Shown in pieces: positions 1 through 20,344 of a stretch of 64,000 nt of DNA (the first letter of the stretch is position 1; the number at the start of each line of letters is the position of its first letter). The stretch lies in the NCBI RefSeq assembly GCF_009914755.1, contig NC_060948.1; one strand, written 5' to 3'. The notes under the pieces are model-generated. The model ran no database searches. It saw nothing but the letters and a program-made list of their open reading frames with translations, and was not told where the DNA came from. A program made the translations under genes and the position numbers. Source of the DNA: the human T2T-CHM13v2.0 reference genome, Homo sapiens.

Positions 1-83
1 GGGCAGTATAAACACAGGCCAAAATCCTTAACAAAATATAAGCAAACCAGGTTCAAAAACACATTAAAAAGACCATTCATCAT

Positions 84-436
84 ACTATGCAGCCATAAAA
101 TGGAACAAGATAATGTCCTTGCATGGACATGGAATCCATTATCCCCTGCCAACCAATGCAGGAACAGAAAACCAAACACCACATGTTCTTACTTATAAGT
201 GGGAGCTGAACAATGTGAACACAGGGAGGGGAACAACACACACTGGGGCTTTTTGGAGGGCGTGGAGAAGGGAGAGCATCAGGAAAAATAGCTAATGCAT
301 GCTAGGCTTAATACCAGGGTGACGGGTTGACAGTTGCAGCAGATCACCATGACACATGTTTACCTATGCAACAAACCTGCACATCCTGCACATGTACTCA
401 AGAACTAACATAAAATAAAATAAAATAAAATAAAAA
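84..436 (+). mobile_element. L1PA-type 3' end inserted into an older L1
   Basis: L1 3' motifs (cttataagtgggagctgaacaatg, aaacctgcacatcctgcacatgta), (TAAAA)n tail, imperfect TSD a(c)cattcatcat / actattcatcat. Confidence 0.8.
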
Positions 437-873
437 CTATTCATCATGACCAAGTGGAATTTATCACAGGGATGCAAGGATAGTCCAATATATGCAAATC
501 AATCAGTATATCATATCAACAGAATGAAGGACAAAACCATATGATCATTTCAAATAATTCTGAAGACACATTTGATAAAATTCAACATCCCTTCATGATA
601 AAAACTAATGAAAAACTGGATATAGAAAGAACAGACCTTCGACATGATAAAAACCATATATTAATACAACAGACACAGCTAGTAGCACACTGAATAGGGA
701 AAAACTGAAAGCCTTTCCTTTAAGAGCTGGAACACAACAAGGATGACCACTTTTACCACTAACAAAACTAAGAACCAGTCTTTTAAATCCATAAACAAAA
801 CTGACAAAGAAAAAAAGAGAGAAGACTCCAACAAAATTAGAAAAGAAGACATTATAAAAGATATTCAGAAACA

Positions 874-1204
<331 letters not shown>

Positions 1205-2028
1205 TCAGAAATATAAAGCATCAAAGGGATTATAATGAACAATAATATGGCAAAAACTAGATAATCCAGAAGATATGAACAAATTCTAAGAAACACGCTA
1301 TACCTAGCAAATCTGCATCAAGAAGAAATAGGAATGCTGAACAGACCAGTAACAAATAAGGTGCTTTAATTAGTGATTAAAATTCCCCTAACAAAGAAAA
1401 GCCCAGAACCAGATGGCTTTGTGGGTGAATTCCAATAAACATTCAAAGAAAAATACCTATTTTCCAAAAAATAGAAGAAAGAAGACTTCTAAACTCATTT
1501 TATGAGGTCAACACCACCATAATATCAATGGCAGACAAAGATGTTACAAGAAAATAAGATGATAGGCCAACATTCCTATTGAACACTGGTAGAAAAATCC
1601 TCGGTAAAATACTAACAAATAGAATTGAGCAGCATATTAAAAGGATCATAAACCCTGAAAAAGTGAATTTATCCTCGGGAAATAATAATGGTGTGACATA
1701 GGCAAATAAATGTGATATACCATACTAACAGAAAAAAAGGTAAAACTACATGATTATCTAAACAGATCTAGAAAACGCATTTGACAAAGTTCAAACTCTA
1801 TTGATATTTAAAACTTTCAACAAAATAGGTACAGAAGGAATGGATCTCATGGTTAATGCTGTATGGAAAAAGTACACAGCTAACATCATAATCACTGTGG
1901 GCAGAAATGAAAAGCTTTCCTCCTAAACCCTAAGTAAGAATGCTCATTCTTGGCATCTGTTTAGAATCTAATACTGTATGTTGTAGCCAGACAATTAGAT
2001 AAGAAAAATAAATAAATGGCATTCAAAA

Positions 2029-2321
2029 TTTTTTTTTTTGAGGCGGAGTCTCACTCTGTCCAGGTTGTAGTATAGTGGCATGATTTTGGTTCATTGCAAT
2101 CTCTGCCTCCTGAGTTCAAGCAATTATCCTGCCTCAGCTTCCCAAGTAGAGTAGCTGAGACCAAAGGCATGCACCACCATTCCCAGCTAATTTTTGTATT
2201 TTTAGTAGAGACGGGGTTTAACCATGTTGGCCAGAATGGTCTTGATCTCTTGACCTCGTTATCTGCCCACCTTGGCCTCCCAAAGTGCTGGGATTGTAGG
2301 CGTGAGCCACCGCACCTGGCC
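2029..2321 (-). mobile_element. Alu
   Basis: Poly-T followed by reverse-complement Alu arms. Confidence 0.9.
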
Positions 2322-3440
2322 ATGGTGTTCAAATTTTAAGTGAAGAAGTATAATTACCTGTATTTGCAGATACCAATTCTCTATGTAGAAAACTGTAGAG
2401 ACTCAACAAAGAAAACTGTTAGAATTAATAATTCAGAAAAGATTCAGGAAACAGAATTAGCATGTAAAAATCAACTGCACTTTATATAGAAAAATCAAAC
2501 TACTAAAAAGAAAAAAAAATGAAGAAAACAATCCATTCATAGTAGCAACAAAAAGATATCTTGGTAATAAACGTAACCAAAGAAGTGAAACATTTGTACA
2601 TTGAAAACTACAAAACACTGATACGGAAAATTAAAGGCACACATAAATGAAAAACATCTGTACTCATGGTTTGAAAGTATTAATATAAATACTGTTAAAA
2701 TGTCCATATTACCCACAGTAATCCACAAATTCAATGTAATCTCAAGCAAAAGGCCAACTACATTGAATCTGTGGATTGCTGTGGGTAGTATGCAATTTTA
2801 GAAGAGAGAAAGTCTTCTAAAATTCACATGAAATCACAAAAGACTTCCAACAGCTAAAGTAATCTTGGGGAAGAAAAACAAAGCTAGAGGCATCAAGTGA
2901 CCTGATTTCAAAACGTACCTCAAAGGTATAGCAATAAAAACAACAGGGTACTGGCATAAACACAGATATACAGACCAAAAGAAAAGAACAGAGACCTCAG
3001 AAATACATAACTATGAACAACTGCTCTCTGACAAGGGTACCAAGAATAAACATGGGGAAAGAAAAATGTCTTCAATAAACTGTAATGGAAAAACTGCATT
3101 GTTTGATACAGAATTATAAAACTCAACTGTCATCTCATATTATACACAAAAACCATCTCAAAATGGCTTAAAGGCCAAGACTCAAACTGAAAAAGTACTA
3201 GAAGAACACAGAGAAAAACACTGCTTACTTCAGGTTAAATGAAATAAATAAGACTCAGAAAGGCAAACACTTCATTATCTCACTTTATGCATGTACAATC
3301 TAAAAACATCAAACTCACAGAAGCACAATGTTGAACGATGACTGTAAGGAAAGAAATATGGAAAGATGCCGGTCAAGTGGTCCATGTTTCAGTTATGCAG
3401 AAAGAATAGGTTCAGGGTATGTAACATACAAGATGATGAC

Positions 3441-5955
<2,515 letters not shown>

Positions 5956-6171
5956 TACTTTCATATTCATATATATGTTTATCAAATCATCAGGCTGTAC
6001 ATCTTAAATGTATACAATTTGCACTATAAACTATACCTTAATATAAACATAAAAAATAAGCAACAAAAATTATTTTAAAATAGTAAAACAAGTTGTCCTG
6101 GGAAATCAGTTTTATCAGAATTACGAGAAAATAGAGAGTTGTAAATTTACCAGTGTATATTCATGTACATC

Positions 6172-6177
6172 TTTATT
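6172..6177 (-). terminator. Intronic polyadenylation signal (read-through isoform ending FEMIK-stop)
   Basis: The unspliced donor reads AAG TAA (stop at 6410-6408); AATAAA lies about 230 nt downstream on the minus strand. Confidence 0.6.
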
Positions 6178-6410
6178 CCTCTCTAAATTGTAATAAACAC
6201 AAGTGACTATCTGTAAGGGAAGGCAATATTTTAATCTTATGAGATTTTATAACACTTATGAATATATAAGATTATTTACATCTTATTACATTTTGCCAAG
6301 ACTTCTGGACTGCTGATATCATTTAATGTCAACAGAATTCTTTTGAAAAAAATACTGAATGGCTACCAATACCCCCAAAGAGAAACTGCAGCAGTTTCAG
6401 AAGGCACTTA

Positions 6411-6620
<210 letters not shown>

Positions 6621-7177
6621 TTATCACCTCTCAGGTGACAACTGCAATACCAATTCTGAAAACCTTGAAACACCGTAAGACTATTATGTTTTGTGATAAC
6701 TTTGGTTAAAAAAAAACCTAACGTAAAGAGCAGTCACAATATGCGAGACATTGTGCTAGGTTCTTTTAACATCTTATCTCATTTTATCCTTTCAAGGCCT
6801 TCATTTGGTAGAAGAAGAAAGTGGTTTGGTAGAAGGAAAAAGTGAAAGCCTGAGAGAAAAACAAAAACAAACAAACAAACAAAAAAATAAAACTTGCCCA
6901 AAGTCATAAAGTTAGCAATGTAGAGACATGGTCTATTTCAGGTCTTTCTAGCTCTTAAGGCCAGATTATTTATTTATGTATATTAAATACTATGACATTT
7001 TAGGGCTGCACATATGCTATATTACATAAACTGAAAATTCTAATGAACAACTACAATACTTTACTCAATAAAGGGCTTCCTTTACAAAAACAAAATCTAG
7101 CACTCTAAAATATAAAAAGTATATCTTACATTTCTGCAAAGAAAATCATTTATATTTTTAAAAAATCTGTGTTCTTG

Positions 7178-7917
<740 letters not shown>

Positions 7918-8009
7918 TCAACTTGAAAATTAATCAAGTTAAAAAAAGATTTAACAAGAGTTAAAAAAAATGCTTCAAGTTTTTATTCCATTAATACTTT
8001 GTATCACAG

Positions 8010-8132
8010 GGCTAGGTGTGGTGGCTCACACATGTAATCCCAGCACTTTGGGAGGCTGTGGCAGGCAGATCACTTGAGGTCAGAAGTTCGAAACCAGCCT
8101 GGCCAATACAATGAAACCCTGTCTCTACTATA

Positions 8133-8164
<32 letters not shown>

Positions 8165-8335
8165 CCAAACACTGTGGCACATGCCTGTAATCCCAGATAC
8201 TCGTGAGGGTGAGGCACGAGAATTACTTCAACCTGGGAGGAGGAGGTTGCAGTGAGCCAAGATTGCACCATTGCACTCCTGCCTAGGCAACAGAGAGAGA
8301 CTCTACCACAAACAAAACAAAAAACAAACAAATTA
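8010..8335 (+). mobile_element. Alu with expanded middle A-tract
   Basis: Alu arms separated by about 29 A. Confidence 0.88.
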
Positions 8336-8983
8336 AAAAAGACTTTGCATCACAAAAGCATTGCAACATGAATTGCCTCTTTCATTTCCGGTTGGAGGCT
8401 TGGGCTAGGGTCCTGAGAAAAATTAATTGCAGGTGAATAGTGATAGACTTATCCAAAGATCAACTACTATCAGCTTAAACTTACTGTTCAAAAGTCTACA
8501 AATTAATATTTAAATTTCTAATTACAGTTAAACATACTGATTTTTAATTTTTTCAATAAGAAATATTTTGACTCATCTTTTTTTTTTAACTAAAAAAACC
8601 TCTTAATACTCTGAGATCTCTAAAAAGGAAAACTCTAGTTAGAAATCACATGAAGTCATTTAAAATCTTAATCATAATTACTGTGGCAGATATAAGAACC
8701 AGGACCTTCTCTCAATTCCTGAGTCAGGGGTGAGAAGGAGAGCAGAAATCATCCTCTACTGCTGTTCTGAATCCTAGGCAGGAAAGGGGAGTAAGGACAG
8801 AATGTCTATTTGCATAAGCTTTTAGGAATTAGTTGACTTAAGGCAGCTGAAAAAACTACCAGAAGAAGCCATATACACATATACAAACCACCACTGGCAC
8901 CAATACAAACAGACAAAATTATGAAGTTTTAATATAAAAGTCTCATTTTTTTGTTACTCTCCTTCACCAGATTTTCCGTATTG

Positions 8984-9299
8984 TTGCCCAGGTGTGGTGG
9001 CTCACACCTGTAATACCAGCACTTTGGGAGGCCCAGGAGGGAGGATCAGTTGAGGTCAGGAGTTCAAGACCAGCCTAGCCAACATGGTGAAACCCTAGCT
9101 CTACTAAAAATACAAAAATTAGCCGGGGGCTTGGGGCAGGGGGCGGGGTGTGCGGTGCTGCATGCCTATAATCCCAGCTACTCAGGAGGGTGAGCAGGAG
9201 AATTTCTTGCACTTGGGAGTCGGACGTTGCAGTGAGCTGAGATCGTGCCACTGCACTCCAGCCTGGTGGGCAGAGCAAAACTCTGTATCAAAAAAAAAA
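8984..9299 (+). mobile_element. Alu
   Basis: Alu dimer with a G-rich insertion at the start of the right arm. Confidence 0.88.
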
Positions 9300-9596
9300 T
9301 TTTGTTTTTTTCAATATTGTGATGTACTGCACAGTAACTACATTGTTTTCTATTAAGAATTTAGTAAAATATTTCAAATTAAGTTTTCTCAAGAGGAAGA
9401 AATTCACATAGTAGAAAATGTTTCAGATTTAAGAACTGATTTTGCTTTGTTTCTATATTTTATCTTTAAAAAATGATAACAATCTGGAGTTGTCTATATG
9501 AAATCTTACTCCGTTTCATTTTATTCTCCTAAAATTGCTTTTGACTTTAGCAGAGGTTAGCAATTCAAGGAATAAAAAATTACAGTTTTCCATAAC

Positions 9597-9911
<315 letters not shown>

Positions 9912-11150
9912 TAAAAAGCTTGCCAGTAAATGGGAAGCAAAATGAAAAAAGAAAGGAAAAGGAAAAAATTATAAGCATAGCACAAGTCTTACCTTATCTT
10001 ACTCGTATACTACCAATATAAAATTAGAGAAAATTTTGTATTAAAAAAAAAGCAGCAAAGCCAATAAAGGCAGACAGTATCTTTTTCAAAAGTTCAGAAC
10101 AACAGTTAATTATATATAGGGTGATACTTTATACAAAATAAAATTACAAGGAAACTGCAAAGAGGACTGCAAAGTTTTTGAATCTTAGGATAAATGAATC
10201 ATTTTAACTTCATATTTTTATTATTTCCAATCTTTAACTTTTTAGATATCACATTTTTTTCCCCAACAATCATTAACCTAAGGTCACTTCTCTGTTCAGA
10301 AAGGAAAAAAGCTAAATCCTGAAAATGCCAGTTCCCACTCAGGAAAAATGAACAAAAGTCATTATATTTAAATGTAATAAGAACTGCAATATACATCCTC
10401 ACAGTTTTAAGAAAAAAATTCTTTATGTAGCACGATAGGGATTCCCCTGTATAGATTTCTTTTTCCCTTGTTTGCCCCTGCTGTTTCTGTGTATTTGGAG
10501 TTTCCTAGGTTCAGAACAAAGAGTTCAGATGAAAGTGTTACTGATAAGTTTTAAATGTTAAAAAATTCCATCTTTGCTATGCTGAGGAAACCTTTTGCAT
10601 TAGACAACAAAGGCAATAAAAAGGGATTATTTCTTGCCAGTAGGTAAGAAAATTAACCTTATGTTTTTAATAAGATGAACTTTTTACCAAATAAAATGTA
10701 AAGACATTCCAAAAGGTTAAAGTAGAAATTACTTTGTGAAACATGCATATTAACTGATTAAAATGTAAACCTCATATATAATTCTCTAGGAATTCTATTT
10801 TTTTACAGTATGTTTTAGTATGTAATACAGTTCCAGTTATGTCTGTATTTTTCCACTAATATCTTTACCAACTCTAAAAAACAAATTCTGTGATTCCTTT
10901 GTTATTGATATTTTTAGCCCAAATTACAAAGATACACAAAATTGAGTTACTAGGCTCTAAGGGTGCCTTATTTTATAATTCCCCATAATTTCTAAAAACA
11001 ATCGTAAGTAAAATTTTTCTTTAAGGCACACTTGTCAAATCTGGAAAAATGCATAAATTTTTTACATTAACATAAAAAACAATTTACTCTCTTATCAATT
11101 CACACCTATTACCACGGCAGAGACTAGTTCACGGCATCTTTCAGTTTGCT

Positions 11151-11400
11151 TCTTTGTTTTGAGACAGGGTCTCACTCTTGTCACCTACGACAGAATGCCA
11201 TAGCATGATCATGGCTCACTGCAGCCTCAACCTCCGAGGCTCATCTCAGTATCCTGAGTATGAAGAACTATAAGTGCAGGCTAATTGTTGTGGTTTTGCC
11301 ACGTTGCTTAGGCTGGTCTCAAACTCCTAGGCTCAAGACATCCATCTGCCTCAGCATCTCCAAGTGCTGAGATTGCAGGCATAAGACACTGTGCTTAGCA
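11151..11400 (-). mobile_element. Old degraded Alu (J-like)
   Basis: gagacagggtctcactc ... ggctcaag motifs with internal deletions. Confidence 0.75.
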
Positions 11401-11580
11401 TGACATCTTTTCATTAAGTATTTAGATAACATAAAAGATTTGAAATCAAATCATTTTAAAAAAATTCTGCTGAGCAGTAAGTAAAAACTGATAGTTTCAT
11501 GAAGAAACTCAGCTTTGCACTTTGTCCTTTATGCCTATTTTCTCATAGTTACTTAAATGAAAGTTTAGTTCAGAAACCTA

Positions 11581-11763
<183 letters not shown>

Positions 11764-14089
11764 TTACTGGATAGTTTTGAGGACTGAGCGAAAAATACAT
11801 GCTTAGAACTTTGAACAGAACATAATATGCAATACATATTAGCTATAGTCATTAGTAGTTCCTTCTCTATAAACGACTTCTCAATTCTCGCAAATAGTAG
11901 CAGAAACCTTATTAAGAAAGGTATAGTGTTCAAAATGTAACCTGTCTCCTACCACTCTTGGCTCCTACCACATGTCAAATGTTAGCATATAATGTAAAGA
12001 ATCATAACTCTTCCACAATGAGTAGGTGGATGGCACTGCCCATGGCAAGGGCTTTAAAAATACAAATTAGAAATACTAGGACACCACAGGCACCTACCCA
12101 TGGTGAAAGAGTTAGAAACATTTACATTACATACCATATAGATAATCTTAGCTTATGATCTATCAGCAATCCCAATATTTTAGAACACATTAAAGATCAT
12201 ATCAGAATATGAAGTGTATTATAGCAGGCATCATTTATACTAATGTAATACTGGAATAAAATCTACCTATACAGAAATTCAGAACAATGTTTCTTTAAAT
12301 TATATCTGGCAAACAAAAACATACTACATTTCCTCTAAGGAATTCCTTAACAGTTCCACAGGATACTGTTGAAGTACTAATGTTATACAAAGAAACAAAA
12401 AAACCCAAACACTTGAGAGACAAAATGACAAGGAGATAATCTATTAAAAGTTTGGTTATTCCCCTGCTAGATTTTAAAAGAAAAATGACATTTTTCATTT
12501 CATGCAATTTATTTCATTTTCACTGTGAAAATGTAAGGTGTTTCAATATCTATGTTCATTTGTATTGTATTATTCATTGGCAGACTTGTGAAAAATATCT
12601 TATCATATGCCAGTCTCATCAACCTGTTGAACATAAGTTCCATGAATTTTGTCAGAAACAGAGACTGAATATCCTCACTTGTCTAAAAAAAGCAGGTCAA
12701 TGATTTAGATATGATGAAGCTGTATTGCTATTTTTAGAGCTCTGAGTTGAGGTGGAAATTTTTCTGAAGAAGTACCACCTTCTGCCACTGTTATTGACCA
12801 CTTACTGGCCACGGAAATTTTGCTGCAGGCTTCAAAACATTTCTTGATAAGTTCAACCTAAAAATTACAAAGCAAAGAGAACTTACCTGTGAAACTTTTA
12901 GGATAATAAATCATTCTGAAGACAAAAGAAATTTTTTGAATTGCAAATAGTATCAAGCTGCTTTTATATGCTACTTCTTAAGCTACTAAAAACAAGTAAG
13001 AAGCTACATCTCCAGTACCATACACATTTGCAAATATGTACTTCTTTAGGTTCAAAATATAATTACAGCAGCATTTTCCAAATCTCAACAAAAGTGCAGG
13101 AAAATGTGCTTATTTCAAAAGCCATTTGTACTACTGTGAGGTTTTCCAACTAAAGGTGCAACTGACCTTCAATTGGAAAAAATTAATCTGCAATGTAATG
13201 AAACCCAAAAAGAAAATAACTCAAAAGGAAAAAAAATCTAACTCTATAAGTGCCTTTAAGACAATTAATATACTCAAGAAAATATGCTCAAAGTTTGACA
13301 TCAGTACATGGCAGTATTGATCCACTTGAAAAGACATTTTTGAAGATCTCACTACCACAGAACAACTTTAACAGATGTACATTTGTAGTTAATCTTGATG
13401 ACACAAGAACACAGTATTTGAGCCCCAATGAAGTGGAGTATTATTTCCTCCAAAATAATTCCATTCTTTTAACTAGTAAACAAAAAAAATGCATCCGTTA
13501 TTTATTATGATTTTCATCAATAAAAATCCATAAAAAATAGTTTTTTTTTAATAGAATACCTACAAAATATCGCCAATTGAACCTCTCGGCTTGCATAGTT
13601 TAAAATATTTAGTATCTAGCCCTTTAAAGAAATGTTTGTAAATAAATGACGCATGAAAAAAAAAAAAGAAATGTTTGCTTAAAATTAGACAGTTTTTGGA
13701 TTACATTTTCTAAAAAAAAAAAGCGCATCACGTTTTCAGTATTGTCAATGAAATTTTTATTATACATAACTTCAGTAAACTGGTTCATAATACATTGTTC
13801 TCACTGTAATTGTGGTGAAAACCTCTGAAAAACATTGTTAACCTGTTGTCATTCCTACAACTCAGAAACTTAGAGTCCCTTTCCCAGTTTACATTTTTCC
13901 GATTGTTTTTTCATATAAAAATGATGGAAAAACAATACCCTGAGCTCAATTTTAAGAGTAATATGAACATTTTCACCTATAATAAAGAATTTTAAAATCT
14001 TTTTGGCTTTAGAAGTATAAATGACAATGTGCTCTCTATGCCTGCTCCGCATGATAAACTCAATTTTTTCAATCATGTAAGATATGTTA

Positions 14090-14293
<204 letters not shown>

Positions 14294-14741
14294 TCACCAC
14301 ATCCTCAAAAACCCTGTGATTCAATCAGAAAAATACTTAAATCAATAAATATTTTACCTGTATAGTCAGTAGAACTAAAGCGTTTAACTTATTCCAAAAA
14401 TAAGTCTTAAGACAAACACAGATTACTGAAAAAAAAAATCATAAATTGTATAACCTACTAAATAAAAGAAACAATTTACTTTCTATTTATAAAGTTGTAT
14501 TAATAGAGAGGGTACTTTGGTTTTCTTAAGAAGAATAACATTCTAATTGTAAAACTTTGTCAAAATGATTTCAGAATTTTAGGGTTATTAGGTAAAACTA
14601 ACATGTCAACATAAAAAAACAAGAAACAAAGAGAGAGAGATAATTAGGAATAGAAAAAAAACAGTTCTCTAGACAATTCCCAATTCTGCAATACCCTCAT
14701 TGATTCAGTTCATGGAAATAGCACTAGGGCAGGGAGACTTA

Positions 14742-14882
<141 letters not shown>

Positions 14883-14890
14883 TTACTTAC

Positions 14891-14955
14891 TTCTCTGAAG
14901 ATGTGGATTCGTTATCTGAATGATCTTTGTGTTGTGTTCTTTTCTCATTTTCTTC
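14891..14955 (-). CDS. UTY: UTY coding exon, 65 bp (exon 21 equivalent)
   Basis: ctgaag|GAAGAA ... GAGAA|gtaagt; EENEKRTQHKDHSDNESTSSE; followed by a 73-bp intron. Confidence 0.94.
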
Positions 14956-16574
14956 CTTCAGGTTAAGAAAAAAATATTCATACTTAGTATCCTCTAACAG
15001 GCTATCACTTCTATTATACAAATTATACTCATCTACATGAGCAGTATTGACTATTTTTGAGAAATAAGTTTTTACAGGCACATTTCACAGAAAATATCTT
15101 CTATAATCACATTAAATTAAGTCACAGGAAAAGTCAAAGTCCAGTTCACGGTACTCAACATCCTCCATCATCTACAAAATTAATATGAAATTCAGGTATT
15201 ATACTAATTTATAAGAAAAGCATGTATTCATTCATATTTTACTTTGGACCAAGGAATTTTCTAAATGGTAAATTAATTTCATTTAAAATGATATCAAGAG
15301 AATATGAGAGAGAACTAAAAATGAAAACAAGGACAACATACAAAAGCTTACTAATTATATATTAAAACAAAAAAAGATGTAAGAAAGCACTTAAGAAGAC
15401 AGAATTCTTCCTTCTTTTTTTTTGAGCCGGAGCCTCACTCTGTTGCCTAGGCTGGAGTGCAGTGGCGTAATCTCAGCTCACTGCAACCTCTGCCTCCTGG
15501 GTTCGAGGAAGTTTCCTGCCTCAGTCTCCCTCCGATGCCTCAGCCTCCCTCCAATTCTCTTTTGTAATAAAGAAAAAGCGTTGTTTTGTTGTTCCCTGTA
15601 GACACTGTTTTATGAGAAAGAATCTGTAGATTCTTATACTTGGGCCAAAGACAAGATAATGAAGAAAAACCTGAAGCCAAAAGTACTGAGGGGTATAACT
15701 ACTAATGTTAATTATAAGTGCCAAGTAGCAAAGCCATGGCACATATTCTAAACTGGCAGAAATACATTTGCATCCATATGAAAATATGTACAGAGTGAGC
15801 AATGTTAAGATCCTCTATCTCTGATTATAGTATCATATTTAGTTACCCTGGCTTTCTCTGTGGGTGAATCACATTAACAAAACTAAGGGCATATGGACGA
15901 AGTTCTTCACAGGCTAAATTTTCAATGCAAAGAGTTCTATATAAATAATAAAACATTTTCACATTTTTATTTAACATTTGTAATAAAAAATTAAATGCTG
16001 AACTTAAAATGTTTGTTATTCTCTCCAGAAATATTTCAAGAATATGCAATGAGAAAATGTTTCTGGGAGGACTGGAAATCCACATGTAAAAGAATGAAGT
16101 TGGACCTCTATCTCATAATGTACAGAAAAATTAACTCAAAATGAATGTGACCTAAATATAAGATATCACACAAAACTCATGCAAAAAAAAAAAATTAGTA
16201 CATCTGTATAACTATGGGTTAGGCAATAGTTTCTTAGCAATGACAAAAACAAATGAAGTCCAAGAAATGCAAATAATTAAACTCTATCAAAATTAAAATT
16301 TTTGTACTTCAAAGGACACTAACAGAAAAAGTGAAAGGACTACTCACAGAAAAGAAAAAAGTATTGACACATTTAATACTTGAGAAGGAATTTTTAGCAA
16401 GAATAAGCATGCATATAATTTACGGTTCAATAATAAAAAGAAAAATAGCCAAATTAAAAAATGGGCAAAGGAAATAAACATGCATTTCACCAAAGAAAAT
16501 ATACCCATTAACAATATGTTAATGAAAAGATGCTTAACAAATAACCATTTGGGAAAAGACAAAATGAAATATTA

Positions 16575-16811
<237 letters not shown>

Positions 16812-18132
16812 TTAGTCAGGCATGATGGTGTGTGCCTAAAATTCCAGATACTTGGGAGACTAAGGCAGGAGAATTGATTGAACCCAGGAGGCAGAGGCTG
16901 CAGTGAGGTGAGTTATCACCATTGCACTCCAACCTGATGACTCAGTGAGACTGTCTCAAAAAAAAAAAAAAAAAAGAAAATGTAAAATGATGTAGCCATT
17001 TGAAAATTAATCTGACAGTTCCTTAATAGAATAAACAATGAGGCCGGGTTCGGTGGCTTACACCTGTAATCCCAGCATTTTGGGAGGCCAAGCTGGATGA
17101 ATTATTAGAGGTCAATAGTTTGAGACCAGCCTGGGCAACATGGTGAAATCTTTTCCCTACTAAGAACACAGGAATTAGCCACGCGTGGTGGTGCACACTT
17201 GTAGTCCCAGCTACTCAGGAAGCTGAGGGAGGAGAATTGCTTGAACTCAGGAAGTAGAGGTTACAGTGAGCCAAGATAGTACCACTGCACTCCAGCCTGG
17301 GCAACAAAGTGAGACTGTCAATAAAAAACAAACAAAAACCCCCCAGAGTAAACAATGAGTTATTACACCACATAATCTAGCATCTATACAAGGGAAATGA
17401 GGGTATATGTTCCCACACAAATACTGTTTATAAGTATTCATAATAGCATTACTCGGAATACCTACGAGGCAGAGCAGAAACAACCTAAATGTTCATAAAC
17501 TGATGACAGAGTTCCTCCACCAAAAACGGTTTATACCCAGACAATGTAATATTGTCATTAAAAGAGAAGTGGTTTAGTGATACATGCTGCAAATGAATAG
17601 ACCTTGAAAATCTTATGCTAAAAAATAAAAAAGAAACCAGTCAAAAAGACATGATATCATCCCATACACACACACACACTCAACACAGGCAAATCTACAG
17701 ATATAAGCAGGCAGGTGGTTGCTTGAATTCTTGGAGTTGGGGGAAATGTGACTGTGGATGGTTATGGGCTTTCATTTGGGAATAAAAAAAATTTGTAAAA
17801 TTTATTATGATAATGATTGCACACCTATGAGGTACGCTAAAAACCACTGAACTGTATACTTTATATGTGTAAACTGTATATTATGTAAATTATCTTGATG
17901 AAGCAGTATAAAAAGAAATAAAGGACAGGTGACATGAGCCCAAATGGTCAATGAAGAAGCCCCAAGCCCTCACACTTCCCTATGTAAAAAAATTTAAAAC
18001 TACCTAATGTAGGGGCTGGGTGTGGTGGCTCACGCCTGTAATCCCAGCACCTTGGGAGGCCGAGGCGGACAGATCACGAGGTCAGGAGATCAACACCATC
18101 CTGGCTAACACGGTGAAACCCCGTCTCTACTA

Positions 18133-18324
<192 letters not shown>

Positions 18325-18733
18325 CTACCTAACATAACCTGATGGAATCTATGGAAAACAATCACAGATCTACAGCATCCAGGTAAACAACTTAGAAAAA
18401 GTCACACTCAAATCAGTGGGAAATACTATAGTGTTTTTTACTTGTGCTTGCCTCACTCCATCAAAGGCCTGGTACAGTGTTGCTACAAAAGAGGTGTCAA
18501 TTTCGTTCCTAATTTGTTCCCTCAAAAGAGAGAACCTTATCTGTAACATTCTAATTCATCTAAGGACTGTCTAAAATACTGGTCTCTGTTTTGCCTAATA
18601 CTAATGCTTCTCAAAAACTTTTTAAAAATTCAATTTACTGACTGGGCGCAGTGGCTCACACCTATAATCCCAGCACTTTGGGAGGCCGAGACGGGCAGAT
18701 CACGAGGTCAGGAGATCGAGACCATCCTGGCTA

Positions 18734-18949
<216 letters not shown>

Positions 18950-20018
18950 TTATCATGCTCAGAGCCTAGATTTATCATGAGACCCTGGACAAAGACACTG
19001 TAAGAACACAACAATGTATCTTATAAATAGTAACGCAAAAATAATAACGAAATATTAGTAAGATGAATTCAGAAACACGTTATAGAAAGTTTGTATGTAA
19101 TGAACTAGTGGGTTTTCCTCCTGAAATTCTTGAATGATTAACAACATATTAAAATCAGTCAATTTAACACACATTAATAAAATGAAGAAAAAACTCACAT
19201 GATCATCTCAACTGATAAGAAATACAATTTCACAAAATTCAATATCCTTATATATGAGAAAAATATTCTACAAACTAGGCACAAATGGTAAGGTCTTCAA
19301 CATAATAAAGGCCATATATGAAAAACACATAACTTTGAACCTAGGAAGGACTGACAGCTTTTCTTCTAAGATCAAGACCAAGATAAGGACTTACAGTTTG
19401 GAAAACTAAATACTGTTAACATGTCAATATTACCAAAAGTGACCCACAGATTCAATGTAACCTCTATCAAAATACCAACAACAATTTTTGCAGGATTAAA
19501 AAATTCATCTTGGCTGGGCACAGTGGCTCACGCCTGTAATCTCAGCACTTTGGGAAGCCAAGGTGGGCAGATCATGAGGTCAGGAGATCCAGACCACCCT
19601 GGCTAACACGGTGAAATCCCGTCTCTACTAAAAATACAAAAATATTAGGTGGATGTGGTGGCACAGGCGGTAATCCCAGCTACTCGGGAGGCTGAGGCAG
19701 GTGAATGGCATGAACCCAGGAGGCAGAGCTTGCAGTGAGCCGAGATCGCACCACTGTGCTCTAGCCTGGGCGACAGAGTGAGACTCCGTCCCCAAAAAAA
19801 AAAAAAATTAATCTTAAGGAAGTTCAATAGAAAAATGATCTTGAAAAACACTACTTGACTTAAAACCATACTATAAGGTTACATACAGTAACCAAAACAG
19901 TATGGTACTGCTGTTTTGACACATTGTCAGACCAACTGAGCAGAACAGAAAACACAGAAATAAAGCCATAGACCTACAACTGTTAATCTTCAACAACACC
20001 GATAAAAATGAGCAATGC

Positions 20019-20344
<326 letters not shown>

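Noticed and set aside
10199-10402. 67-aa minus-strand ORF as an extra UTY exon
   Set aside because: No KDM6 similarity and weak splice signals; the flanking exons already join in frame.
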